From: an uncultured delta proteobacterium
GTDB taxonomy: Bacteria > Myxococcota > UBA727 > VGSZ01
NCBI GenBank assembly: GCA_963775425.1
Contig: CAVZJB010000003.1
Location: 256,001 to 320,000, forward strand
DNA: 64,000 bases
Reading direction: 5' to 3'
Positions 1-10,287 of the stretch are shown in pieces. Position 1 is the first letter of the stretch; the number at the start of each line of letters is the position of its first letter. The notes beneath the pieces were generated by a model. That model saw only the letters and a program-made list of their open reading frames with translations, was not told where the DNA came from and did no database searches. Position numbers and translations under genes: made by a program.

Positions 1-2406
1 AGCGATGCGTGACGCCTGGGCGAAGTTTGTCGAGGGGTCACAGCGGGGGTTGCTCGTCAGCGGAGGGAACGGGTCTGGGAAGTCGGCATGGATGGTTCAT
101 GCGTCGACGTCGCTGACCGGTCAGGGAAGACCTTGTCTCTTCTACCGCGCGCATCTCTTGAGCGACGGATTCATCGCCCGCCTCGCTTCTGACCTCGCCT
201 GGGCCTTGAGTCCGAACCTCTCGAGCGATGCCGCCGGTCGCCGCTTCGCGAACACCCTGAGGGGCGCGCAGCTTGTTGTCTTCATCGACAGCGCTGACGA
301 GGCGAGCGAGGAGCTCACGAGAGCTGCGCTGAACGAGCTCGTCGAGAGATTTCCGGCTAACGTGCGCTTCGTCGTTGCGTGCAAGTCGACGCGGGTCGCG
401 CCGCTCGGTCGCGACCCCGATGGATTAGACGCGGCGTGGTTCCAAAGCCTGGGAGATTGAGAAGGCGTGGACCCGAGCCTCCTCGACGAGACGGAGTTTT
501 GGACGCTCGTGCAGCGGCACCAACGTCACTTCGGGGTGTTTCCGCTGTTCAGCGGCCGGCTCCGAGCCGAAGCACGACGGCAGCCGAGCCTTCTGCGCCT
601 CATCTTCGAGGTCTCCGCACAGAGCCGCAATGACTTGGCCGCTCACAACTCCCGTGAGTTCTTCAAACGATACGTCGACAAGCGCTTCGAAAGGTTCCAG
701 CACAGCGCCGACGCGCTGCGACGTCTGACGGACCTCGCCATGAAGATGTTCGACGAGAACACGGAGATGGTCGACGCCCAAGATGCTATGAAGACAGTGG
801 ATGAACCGACTCTCCGACGTGCGGCGGACGTCGGGCTGGTCGAGCAAGTCCACGGCCAAGACGGGCGCCCACAGGTGCGCTTCCGCGAGTCGCGAGTGCG
901 GAACTACCTCGTCATCTCAGAGGGCCATCGCTGGCTCTCGAAGACGGCGGATGTGCTTGAGACCGATGAGGTCCTTCTTAAGATCACGGGCGGCGTGCAG
1001 CTTGAAGCGATGGAGCTTCTGTACCTGCTTGCGGACGAGGCGCAGAAGGTCGTCTTCGACGGGGATGCACGCAAGAACGCGCGCAAGGCTCTCTCGATCT
1101 TCGATGGCGCTGTTCGCGCCGTCTGTCCCGATCTCGGTGATCGTTTTGTCCCACCCCTCGGAAAGCGCGCGTTCGTGGGCTACATCGACGTGCGGCGTGG
1201 GGCGCTTTTCGCGGTCGGCTTCATTCCGCGGGAAGGCGACGACGTGTTCTTCTGGCCGCGGACCCGCGGAATCTTTGAGGACCGAACCGCGATGTTTCTC
1301 GGCGCGCGCAAGTTCTCGTCAAGGGCAGATGGCTTCCTCGATGAGGCAAAGGCTGCACATTTCGCGTTCTGGGAGACGTTCAAGGCAGAGCTGCACGGAA
1401 GTGGTCGAAAACGGCCGGCTCGACGAGTCAAAGTGTGCGCCCATGCTCTCGGAGCTCGCGACGGTGCTTGCGGCCGCGCTCGAGCTCGTTGAGCCCGCGC
1501 AGCGCGGTTTCCCGACCGTCGCAAAGACCGATATTGGCGCTATTCGCGTCGCTCTCTGGCGGAAGCGCGCGTATGAGAACTACTTGGCCGAACACATGCC
1601 GCGGGACGAGACCCGCAGCGGCAGCTCTGTCGTCGTCACACGCCATCTGACGCCTGATGTTCACAGCGCGGCTCTAGCGCACGCTGAATCGCTACCACTT
1701 GACTTCAGCGAGCTGCCCCCCGCTGAGGATCGGACGACCGCGACAGCGATGGAGGACGAGCTGCAGAGCGACGCTCGCTCACCTTGAAGCGCTCGGCGAA
1801 ACGAGCATCGAGAGCATCTTGCCGGCGTCGGATCAGAACGGTGCTCACATCTGGGAGCTTTGGAAGGAGCCGACGTTCAAAGCGGCCGCGGTACGGTTGA
1901 CGCAGCTGCGCATTGAGTGCGTGGAGAATATCGTTCATGCGAGCTTCTCTCCCGACATCGCCAAGCGCATCCTCGGTGCCACGACGACGGCCCTTTGCAG
2001 GCAGGACTATCGTGAAGGAACAGTTGAAGAGCTGCGTGTAACAACAAGCGCTGCGCTTCCCCGCGTAGTGGCGTTCGACGAGCGCCAAGAGGTCAAGCTG
2101 GCTCCCGACGGACGGACCGGAACCTTCCGGGGCGTGGAGATTCGCGACGTCGAATATTCATCAGCGACCTTTGCATTCGTTGCGAACGCGCGGAGCGCGT
2201 TTCTTCCGCAATCCTGGCGCTTCAAGCGTGAGCTCTGCCCGCTTCGAGCAGCGGTGTACCGCTTCATCGTCGACCGCTTGCCGTCCGCGCTCGCGCCGAT
2301 CGGCAAGTCGCTTGGCGCTCCACCAACAAAGCGCTTGCGACTGACGTTGACGGGGCGACCGATTCCGCAGGATGTTGATGATGCCGATGACGACGAAGAA
2401 ACGTAG
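1..2406 (+). pseudogene. Large NACHT/STAND-like P-loop NTPase, 5'-truncated by the window edge and interrupted (in-frame TGA at 458-460, apparent +1 frameshifts near 1393 and near 1767)
   Basis: Walker A GGNGSGKS and Walker B LVVFIDSADE in ORF 5..460. ORF 467..1492 continues in the same frame after one TGA. Protein-like sequence continues in the 801..1787 frame (TEVVENGRLDES...) and then the 1699..2406 frame (ATLAHLEALGE...). True pseudogene or assembly error. Confidence 0.6.
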
Positions 2407-3160
2407 CCGCGTTATCGAGGAAGTTCTGCTTCAGATCGCTGCATCGCGAGAAACCGAGGCGCCGGGGCCTCGCTCCTGCGTCCGTAGCCGCACTGCAACA
2501 GATTGCGGGGGAGGAGCGGGCCGGCTCAGTCCCCGTAGCCATCGCTTCCCGCCGGCTCAGTGCAGCAATCGCGTCATCTGTCTCGAGGTCCTCCTTCGAG
2601 AGATCAGATGTCGCCTTCGTGTTGGTGAGACGCGCCTTCAGGAACTTCACCAGATAGGTTTCGCCCGCGACCGCGTCGACTTTGGCGCGCTGGGCCACCT
2701 CAACGTTGCTGAAGTCCTGCTTTCCTTCGCGAAACAGCTCCATGACTGCGATGTAGACCCGCATGCCCTTGTTTGGCTGCTTCAGACCCTTCGAAGCCTT
2801 CGCGCGGTTGCACGCCATGCAAAGGACTTGCAGGTTCTCGAGGGCGTGGTTCTTGGCGTTCCCATCAACATGGTCAAAAGTGATGCGTCGGTGCGAGCCG
2901 CACTTGCTACAGCGGAAGTCAGCATCGACAACGAGTTTCCAGAGTTCCTTTGTCGTCGGCGCGGACTTTCCGTAGGTTTCGCTCTTGAGCCAAGATCCCC
3001 GAACCGCGCCTGGCTGCGGAGGGCCGAACGCAGACAGTAGCGCCGCGAGCACGTCGTCTTCATTGAGCTCAAGCAGCTTCATGAATTCGAGTGACTCGTT
3101 CCACGGTGTCCTCGCTTTCTTCGGCCGCGACCGATGACGATGCTCTACGTTGGGTATCAC
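2264..3160 (-). CDS. HNH endonuclease domain protein (start GTG 3160 or ATG 3082; 3' end uncertain)
   Basis: CSKCG...TFDHVDGNAKNHALENLQVLCMACNRAK is a CxxC-HNH-CxxC zinc-binding HNH signature. Confidence 0.75.
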   Translation of the reverse strand: MIPNVEHRHRSRPKKARTPWNESLEFMKLLELNEDDVLAALLSAFGPPQPGAVRGSWLKSETYGKSAPTTKELWKLVVDADFRCSKCGSHRRITFDHVDGNAKNHALENLQVLCMACNRAKASKGLKQPNKGMRVYIAVMELFREGKQDFSNVEVAQRAKVDAVAGETYLVKFLKARLTNTKATSDLSKEDLETDDAIAALSRREAMATGTEPARSSPAICCSAATDAGARPRRLGFSRCSDLKQNFLDNAATFLRRHRHHQHPAESVAPSTSVASALLVERQATCRSARARTASGRR

Positions 3161-3206
3161 GCAGGCGACGACGTCGCACTCAGCTCGCGACGGATCGCGG
3201 CACGCA

Positions 3207-3232
3207 GTTCGAAAAACCTCAAGCCGGGCGCG
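3207..3232 (+). repeat. Module-boundary site copy A (GTTCG-N12-CCGGGCGCG), resembling a tRNA 3' end
   Basis: gttcg aaaaacctcaag ccgggcgcg; same spacing as the copies near 4086, 4238, 4976 and 5127. Confidence 0.6.
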
Positions 3233-3405
3233 TTCGTGTTCTTCTGCGCGCGCAAAGCGCTTGGGGAGAAACGCCGTTTCTCCCCCGTCGCGGGCGGAGC
3301 CCGACGACGGCTCCCCCTCTTCCCCCGTCGCTGTGGCTCCTGCCTCCCTCCGGTCGGCCTCGTTCAGGGGCGGAGGCTCGTTCGAGCTTCGCCGTCGCGA
3401 CCCTG

Positions 3406-3438
3406 GTCTGAGGGGGGCAGGCGTCCCGCCTGTCACGG
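3406..3438 (+). repeat. REP-like element left of RAYT (33-bp inverted repeat of 3981-4013)
   Basis: gtctgaggggggcaggcgtcccgcctgtcacgg is the exact reverse complement of 3981-4013; internal hairpin caggcg-tcc-cgcctg. Confidence 0.85.
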
Positions 3439-3491
3439 GCGTCCCATGCGGATCAGGCGAGATCTCGCGCAAGAAGATCGAGCTCGGTCGG

Positions 3492-3986
3492 ATGTTCATT
3501 GTGGACACAGACGCGCGCCGCCCAACCCTACATCGACGACGGCTCCCTCACTTCGTCCCGCCGCAGACCGAGCGCGGACAGACTTACACTTCGTCACATG
3601 GCGCGTGCGCCGAGGCGTGGCACATCTCAGTCCTGACGAACGAGGCCGCGTCCGCGCGGCCATCAATCATTGCGATGCCATGCGCTACGAAGTCCACGCA
3701 GCCGTCGTCATGGACGATCACGTGCACGTGCTGTTGACGCTACTCGCTGACCACACGCTGAGCCGCGTGCTCCACACCTGGAAGTCGTTCACGGCGCACG
3801 AGCTTCAGAAGCTCGGCCGTCGCGGGAGCGTTTGGCAGGATGAGTCCTTCGACCGCACGATCTTCAGCGCGGCGGAGCCTCGAGCAGAAGGCAAGGTACA
3901 TCGCGGCGAATCCGACGAAACGATGGCCCACCTTGTCCGGCTATCTGTGGGTGCAGTGTGTGGTCATGTTCACCAACGATCCGTGA
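3492..3986 (+). mobile_element. REP-associated tyrosine transposase (RAYT, Y1/IS200-like HUH), two frameshifts
   Basis: RRRLPHF...TY/FVTWR...VMDDHVHVL (HUH)...WKSFTA...WQDESFDRTI.../LEQKARYIAANP (catalytic Tyr). Apparent +2 insertion near 3587 and +1 near 3878. Confidence 0.85.
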
Positions 3987-4054
3987 CAGGCGGGACGCCT
4001 GCCCCCCTCAGACGAACGATCAGTGACACGCGGGACGCGTGGCCCCCCTCAGAC
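3981..4054 (-). repeat. Two REP-like elements right of RAYT (3981-4013 perfect; 4023-4054 variant)
   Basis: Second copy gtgacacgcgggacgcgtggcccccctcagac carries compensatory changes that keep the hairpin. Confidence 0.8.
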
Positions 4055-4084
4055 GAGAGCTTCCGGCGTCATCAGGCGCAGCTC

Positions 4085-4262
4085 GGTTCGAAAATCCTCC
4101 ATCCGGGCGCGCGTTTCGAGCCCATTCGCGACGTCGGCTACGTCGACGACCCGTAGGGCGGGGGCTCGTCCCCCGCCTTTTCCGTCGGCGGGCGCGCGTG
4201 GGGATACGGGGGACAAGCCCCCGCCCTACGCACCGCGGTTCGCAAATCGTCACACCGGGCGC
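4085..4262 (+). repeat. ~180-bp direct repeat copy 1, containing a GTAG-REP doublet (4153-4229) between boundary sites B and C
   Basis: Near-identical to 4975-5151; GTAG-ggcggggg-ctcgt-cccccgcc plus inverted cgggggacaagcccccgccctac. Confidence 0.9.
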
Positions 4263-4358
4263 GCTCTCCGATTTCGCCAACGACGTCGAGGGCTTGGCCG
4301 ACCCACGTGTCGACGCTTTCGAACTGAAGCCCGACGCGCAGCTTGCTAAGCTGATGGC

Positions 4359-4604
4359 GTGGCGAACGTAGAGCTTCTGAAGCGCATCAGCGTCGACCCT
4401 GCCGTCTGCGGTGGCCGGCCTTGTATCCGGGGGCACCGCATCTGGGTGTCGCTGGTGCTCGACTTCCTCGCCGACGGCGAGTCCGTCGACCAGATCGTCG
4501 CGAACTATCCCGGCATCGAGGCTGCGGACGTCCTCGCGTGCATCGCGTACGGCGCCGAGATGAGCCGGCTGCGCGAGGTCCCGCCGCGCCCCGCAGCAGG
4601 ATGA
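4359..4604 (+). CDS. DUF433 family antitoxin
   Basis: RISVDPAVCGGRPCIRGHRIWVSLVLDFLADG...YPGIEAADVLACIAY is a typical DUF433 pattern. Confidence 0.9.
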   Translation: MANVELLKRISVDPAVCGGRPCIRGHRIWVSLVLDFLADGESVDQIVANYPGIEAADVLACIAYGAEMSRLREVPPRPAAG

Positions 4605-4966
4605 AGATCAAGCTCGACGAGAACCTCGGGCGACGTGGAGGGGCGGTCTTCCGCGTTGCGGGTCACGACGTCGACAGCGTCGTCGACGAAGGTCTCGCGA
4701 GCGCCGCCGACGATGCGGTGCGCGCGGCTGCGACGAGGGCGGAGCGCGTTCTCGTCACGCTCGACCTCGACTTCGCCAACCCGCTCCGGCATCCGCCGGC
4801 CGGGACGCCGGGGATCGCCGTGCTGCGGCTGCCGGAACCGCTTACGCCGTCCCTCATCGACGGCGCTGTCGTCGTGCTGCTCGGCGAGCTCGGCCGTGAA
4901 CCGATCGATGGCCGACTCTGGATCGTCGAGGTGGATCGCATCCGCATCTACGATCCCGAGAGCTGA
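4601..4966 (+). CDS. DUF5615 PIN-like toxin (VapC45/Mut7-C-like)
   Basis: MKIKLDENL...GHDV...DD...RVLVTLDLDF; ATGA overlap with the DUF433 gene. Confidence 0.9.
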   Translation: MKIKLDENLGRRGGAVFRVAGHDVDSVVDEGLASAADDAVRAAATRAERVLVTLDLDFANPLRHPPAGTPGIAVLRLPEPLTPSLIDGAVVVLLGELGREPIDGRLWIVEVDRIRIYDPES

Positions 4967-4974
4967 AGGACAGC

Positions 4975-5151
4975 GGTTCGAAAAGCGTCAAGCCGGGCGC
5001 GCGTTTCGAGCCATTCGCGACGTCGGCTACGTCGACGACCCGTAGGGCGGGGGCTCGTCCCCCGCCTTTTCCGTCGGCGGGCGCGCGTGGGGATGCGGGG
5101 GACAAGCCCCCGCCCTACGCACCGCGGTTCGCAAATCGTCACACCGGGCGC
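4975..5151 (+). repeat. ~180-bp direct repeat copy 2, containing a GTAG-REP doublet (5042-5118) between boundary sites D and E
   Basis: Matches 4085-4262 apart from the N12 of the left site, a 1-bp indel and one substitution. Confidence 0.9.
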
Positions 5152-5162
5152 ACAGCTCAAGC

Positions 5163-5640
5163 GGCGGTTCGAATCCTGCCGGGCCCACAGCTCAAGCGCT
5201 CCTCGGCCGCGCGCCCGCTCCGGATAGGCCCAAGCACCGTCGGCGCGGGTGCGGATCGTCGTGCAGGGCGGTTCGAATCCTGCCGGGCCCACAGTTCAAG
5301 CGCTCCTTCGCCGCGCGCCCGCTCCGGATAGGCCCAAGCACCGTCGGCGCGGGTGCGGATCGTCGTGCAGGGCGGTTCGAATCCTGCCGGGCCCACAGTT
5401 CAAGCGCTCCTTCGCCGCGCGCCCGCTCCGGATAGGCCCAAGCACCGTCGGCGCGGGTGCGGATTGTCGTGCAGGGCGGTTCGAATCCTGCCGGGCCCAC
5501 AGTTCAAGCGCTCCTTCGCCGCGCGCCCGCTCCGGATAGGCCCAAGCACCGTCGGCGCGGGTGCGGATTGTCGTGCAGGGCGGTTCGAATCCTGTCGGGC
5601 CCACAGTTCAAGCGCTCCTCCGCCGCACGCCACCGTCGGC
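5163..5640 (+). repeat. 104-bp tandem repeat (4 full units plus a partial fifth), each starting with a tRNA 3'-end-like fragment; probable right island boundary
   Basis: Units start at 5163, 5267, 5371, 5475 and 5579 with ggcGGTTCGAATCCTG(C/T)CGGGCCCACA. Confidence 0.92.
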
Positions 5641-5974
5641 GAATGCGTGGCACATCGCGGCCGATCGGTGTGGCGGCCGTCGCCTCGAAAAGGAGCCGCG
5701 GCGTCGGCGGCCGGTCGGAGCCGTCGGCTCTGACGACGGGGCCCGGCACGCGACGGCTCCGGAGGCCGTCGACGCCGCGACTCTGGTGCCGCGTCATCCG
5801 GCAACATGTTCCGCGTGACGCAAGCGCGAGCTCCGCGAGCGGGCCCACGAAGGCGAAACGCCGAAGGGGGGGACCCGCGCGAAGCGCGGGGGGGCCGGAG
5901 GCCCGGCTGTTCGCGCGCGTCAGCGCGCAAGAGAGCGGCTTGACCACGTGGACGTCGTGCGCCAAGAGGCCTTC

Positions 5975-6717
5975 ATGCCCGAGATTCCCATCGCCGAGCA
6001 GTTGGTCCTGCTGGCCGAGCTCGCGAACGTCGACGCCAAGCACCGCGCCATCAGCGACAAGCTCGAGATGCTCCCCGCCGCCGCCAAGAAGGCGGACGCC
6101 GCCGTCGCCGCGCTCAAGAAGCAGGCGGACGACGCCGACGCGCGCAAAGACGCGGCGGACAGAGCGAAGAAGCAGGTCGAGGGCGAGATCCAGGACGAGA
6201 AGCTCAAGATCAAGAGGTGGGAGGCGCGCGCGCACGAGATTCGCGGCGAGCGCGAGCACGCGGCGCTCCTGTCCGAGATCAACACCGCCAAGCGCGTCAT
6301 CCACCGCCTCGAGGACACGCAGCTCGAGCACATGGAGGTCATCGAGGCGCAGACCGGCGCCGCCACGCAGGCCATGGCCAAGCTCGAGACGGCGTCCGCC
6401 GAGGCCAAGGAGGAGTGGCAGAAGGTCGAAGGCGACCTCGCCACCCTGCGCGGCGAGGGCGACGTCCTCGACGCCGCGCGCAAGGCGCTCCTCGAGAAGC
6501 TCCCCGCGCCCCTCGTCAAGCGCTACGACACCATCGCCGCCAAGCGACACGGCGTCGGCGTCAGCGTCATCTCGGGCGAGGTCTGCAGCATGTGCAAGCG
6601 CACGCTGCCGCCGCAGCTCTGCATCCAGGTCCGCAAGGGAGCCGTCCTCGAGCAGTGCCCGTCGTGCTCGCGGCTCCTCGTCCACGAAGAGATGATGAAG
6701 GCGCAGGAGCCCGCGTG

Positions 6718-6718
<1 letters not shown>
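5975..6718 (+). CDS. Coiled-coil C4 zinc-ribbon protein (COG1579/DUF164 family)
   Basis: Long coiled coil, then YD...CSMC...CPSCSRLL. Confidence 0.9.
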
Positions 6719-7983
<1,265 letters not shown>

Positions 7984-8017
7984 CGGTTCGCCCCGGCCGC
8001 CGCTCACCGGCCGCCGC

Positions 8018-8344
8018 TCACATCAGGGTCGTGTCGAGGAACGCGCGCAAGGACGGCGCCCGCTCGTCGTCGACGGCCTCGCGGCACGCGGCGCTCGCCC
8101 GCTCGGCGAGCGCCCGCAGCTCGGCCCACGGCACGCGAAGCACGTGCACGAGATCGGGGAACAGCTCGGACACCTCGCTGCGCCACTCGGGCGCCGACGC
8201 GTCGAGGTGGTCCGGCCGCTGCAGATAGAGGTCGACGAAGCCGCCGTCGACGTCGACGACGGCCGCGGCCGACGCGACGTCCTCCGCGTACGCGGCGGGA
8301 TGGCGCGGCGGCGAGCCCTTGGCAACGCCGCCCGCGTCGCGCAT
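8018..8344 (-). CDS. Hypothetical protein
   Basis: Fills the glyA-nrdR gap on the opposite strand with plausible composition; no motif recognised. Confidence 0.4.
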   Translation of the reverse strand: MRDAGGVAKGSPPRHPAAYAEDVASAAAVVDVDGGFVDLYLQRPDHLDASAPEWRSEVSELFPDLVHVLRVPWAELRALAERASAACREAVDDERAPSLRAFLDTTLM

Positions 8345-8353
8345 ACAGGCGCC

Positions 8354-8818
8354 ATGAAGTGCCCCTTCTGCAACTCCGGTGACAACGGCGTCGTCGATTC
8401 GCGGGAGACGGAAGACGGGCGCGCCATCCGCCGCCGCCGCTCGTGCAGCGCCTGCGCCCGGCGGTTCACCACCTACGAGCGCATCGAGGAGCAGCTCCTC
8501 ACCGTCGTCAAGAAGGACGGCAGCCGCACCGCGTTCGACCGCAACAAGCTCACCGCCGGGATGAAGCGCGCCTGCGAGAAGCGGCCGGTTCCCACGCCCC
8601 GGATCGAGAAGGTCGCCGCCGACATCGAGCGGCGGGCGCAGGAGCTCGGCGAGCGCGAGATCTCGTCGCGCTGGTTCGGCGAGCAGGTGATGATCGCGCT
8701 GCGCGAGCTCGACGAGGTCGCCTACGTGCGCTTCGCCAGCGTCTATCGTTCGTTCCGCGACGTCGACGAGTTCGCCCGCGAGCTCGAGGCGCTGCGCCGG
8801 CCCGCGCCCGAGGCATGA
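8354..8818 (+). CDS. nrdR: Transcriptional repressor NrdR
   Basis: MKCPFC...VVDSR...[19 protein letters not shown]; ATP cone; [13 protein letters not shown]. Confidence 0.97.
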   Translation: MKCPFCNSGDNGVVDSRETEDGRAIRRRRSCSACARRFTTYERIEEQLLTVVKKDGSRTAFDRNKLTAGMKRACEKRPVPTPRIEKVAADIERRAQELGEREISSRWFGEQVMIALRELDEVAYVRFASVYRSFRDVDEFARELEALRRPAPEA

Positions 8819-9945
8819 CGCTCCCGTCGGCGTTCGCGCATCTGCTGGACGGCGCCGCGTCGCCGGCGGGCGCCGCGCACGGCGAGCCGAACGCGGCGTC
8901 GCGCGGCGGCGGCGACGAGGCGCTGCTGTGGCGCGCGCTCGACAACGCCGCGCGCGGTGTCGGGCGCACGGCGCCGAACCCGCCCGTGGGCGCCGTCGTC
9001 GTGAAGGACGGCTTCGTCCTCGGCGACGGCCACCACGCGAGAGCCGGCGATCGCCACGCCGAGGTCGTCGCCCTCGACGCCGTGCTCGCGGCGCACGGGG
9101 CGGGCGCCGCGCGCGGGTCCACGATGTTCGTCACGCTCGAGCCGTGCGTGCACCACGGGCGCACGCCGCCGTGCAGCGAGCGCGTCATCGCCGAGGGCGT
9201 CGCGCGCGTCGTCGTCGGCGCGCTCGATCCGAACCCCGCGGTGCACGGCAAGGGCGTCGCGCGCTTGAGGCAGGCCGGCGTCGCCGTCGCCGTCGCCGCC
9301 GGCGCGGTCGCCGATCGCTGCGCGGCGCTCATCGCGCCGTTTTCGCGCGCGCTCGTCGACGGGCGCGTGTACGTCGTCCTCAAGATCGCCGCCTCGCTCG
9401 ACGGCCGCGTGGCGACGGCTAACGGCGCGTCGCGGTGGATCACCGGCGCCCCCGCGCGCGCGCTCGTGCACCGGCTGCGCGACGCCTGCGACGCCGTCGT
9501 CGTCGGCGCCGGCACCGTCCTCGCCGACGACCCCGCGCTCACGGTGCGAGACGTCCCCGGCCGCGATCCCCTGCGGGTGATCCTCGACGGCCGCGGCCGC
9601 GTCCCCGCGTCGGCGCGCGCCCTCGCGGGTGCCGTCCATGTGCGGGCCGAGCCGGGCCGCGACCACGTCGACCTCCGCGCGGCGCTCGCGGACCTGGCCC
9701 GCGGCCGCGGCCTCGCCGCAGCGCTCGTCGAGGCCGGCCCCGGGCTCGCCACCGCGCTCCTCGAGCAGGACCTCGTCGACGAGCTGTGGTGGATGACCGC
9801 GCCTGTGGTCCTCGGCGGCGACGCGCTCCCCGCGGTCGGCGCCCTCGGCCTCGCCGCCCCCGCCGACGGCCCGCGCTTCTCGGTGCTCCACCGCGCCGCC
9901 CTCGGCGACGACGCGGTCGCGGTGCTGCGCCGGATCGGCTCGTGA
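8815..9945 (+). CDS. ribD: Riboflavin biosynthesis deaminase/reductase
   Basis: [32 protein letters not shown]...SRWIT, DDPALT. Confidence 0.95.
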   Translation: MTLPSAFAHLLDGAASPAGAAHGEPNAASRGGGDEALLWRALDNAARGVGRTAPNPPVGAVVVKDGFVLGDGHHARAGDRHAEVVALDAVLAAHGAGAARGSTMFVTLEPCVHHGRTPPCSERVIAEGVARVVVGALDPNPAVHGKGVARLRQAGVAVAVAAGAVADRCAALIAPFSRALVDGRVYVVLKIAASLDGRVATANGASRWITGAPARALVHRLRDACDAVVVGAGTVLADDPALTVRDVPGRDPLRVILDGRGRVPASARALAGAVHVRAEPGRDHVDLRAALADLARGRGLAAALVEAGPGLATALLEQDLVDELWWMTAPVVLGGDALPAVGALGLAAPADGPRFSVLHRAALGDDAVAVLRRIGS

Positions 9946-10287
9946 GCGCGCGCGGCGTGGTGATCGACCGGCGCGCTGCCGTTGCGACCGGCCTGCACGA
10001 GGATCTGCGCGCGGCTCATGATCCGCGTCCCCGCCGCGATCGCCGCAGGCGCGGTGACTCCCTCCACGGCGGAACGCGCCGACGTCGTTCGGCGCGGCGC
10101 GGGGGAGGGCCACCGCCGCGTGCCGACGTCGTTCGCCGGCCGATCGAGGGAGCGCATGAAATTCTTTCGTCGGGGCTGGCGCGCGCGCATCACCCGTGGC
10201 ACACGGCGGGTGATCGCGGCGCGCTTCCTGCACCGCGAGTGCCGAAGTGTGCGTGAGCCGCACACCCCGTTGTGAAGGAGTGCCTGT

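Noticed and set aside
458-460. Selenocysteine or programmed readthrough at the in-frame TGA
   Set aside because: No redox motif context or evident SECIS, and further frameshifts in the same gene point to decay or sequencing error.
2440-2472. Possible sixth boundary site between the NTPase and HNH genes (tcgcgagaaaccgaggcgccggggcc)
   Set aside because: Arms and spacing deviate from the other five copies; too weak to call by eye.
3134-4156. 340-aa ORF as a single gene
   Set aside because: Only its middle encodes RAYT motifs; the true N- and C-termini lie in another frame.
3207-5151. Classical integron attC or pdif sites
   Set aside because: No RYYYAAC/GTTRRRY long hairpins, no intI, and no XerD-type TTATGTTAAAT arm.
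5163-5640. CRISPR array
   Set aside because: Whole 104-bp units are near-identical, with no unique spacers, and no cas genes are in the window.
5163-5640. Tandem intact tRNA genes
   Set aside because: Only the T-loop and 3' acceptor strand are present; there is no pairing 5' T-stem, D-arm, anticodon arm or CCA.
5640-5975. RNase P RNA near the zinc-ribbon gene
   Set aside because: The conserved GAGGAAAGTCC signature was not found on either strand.
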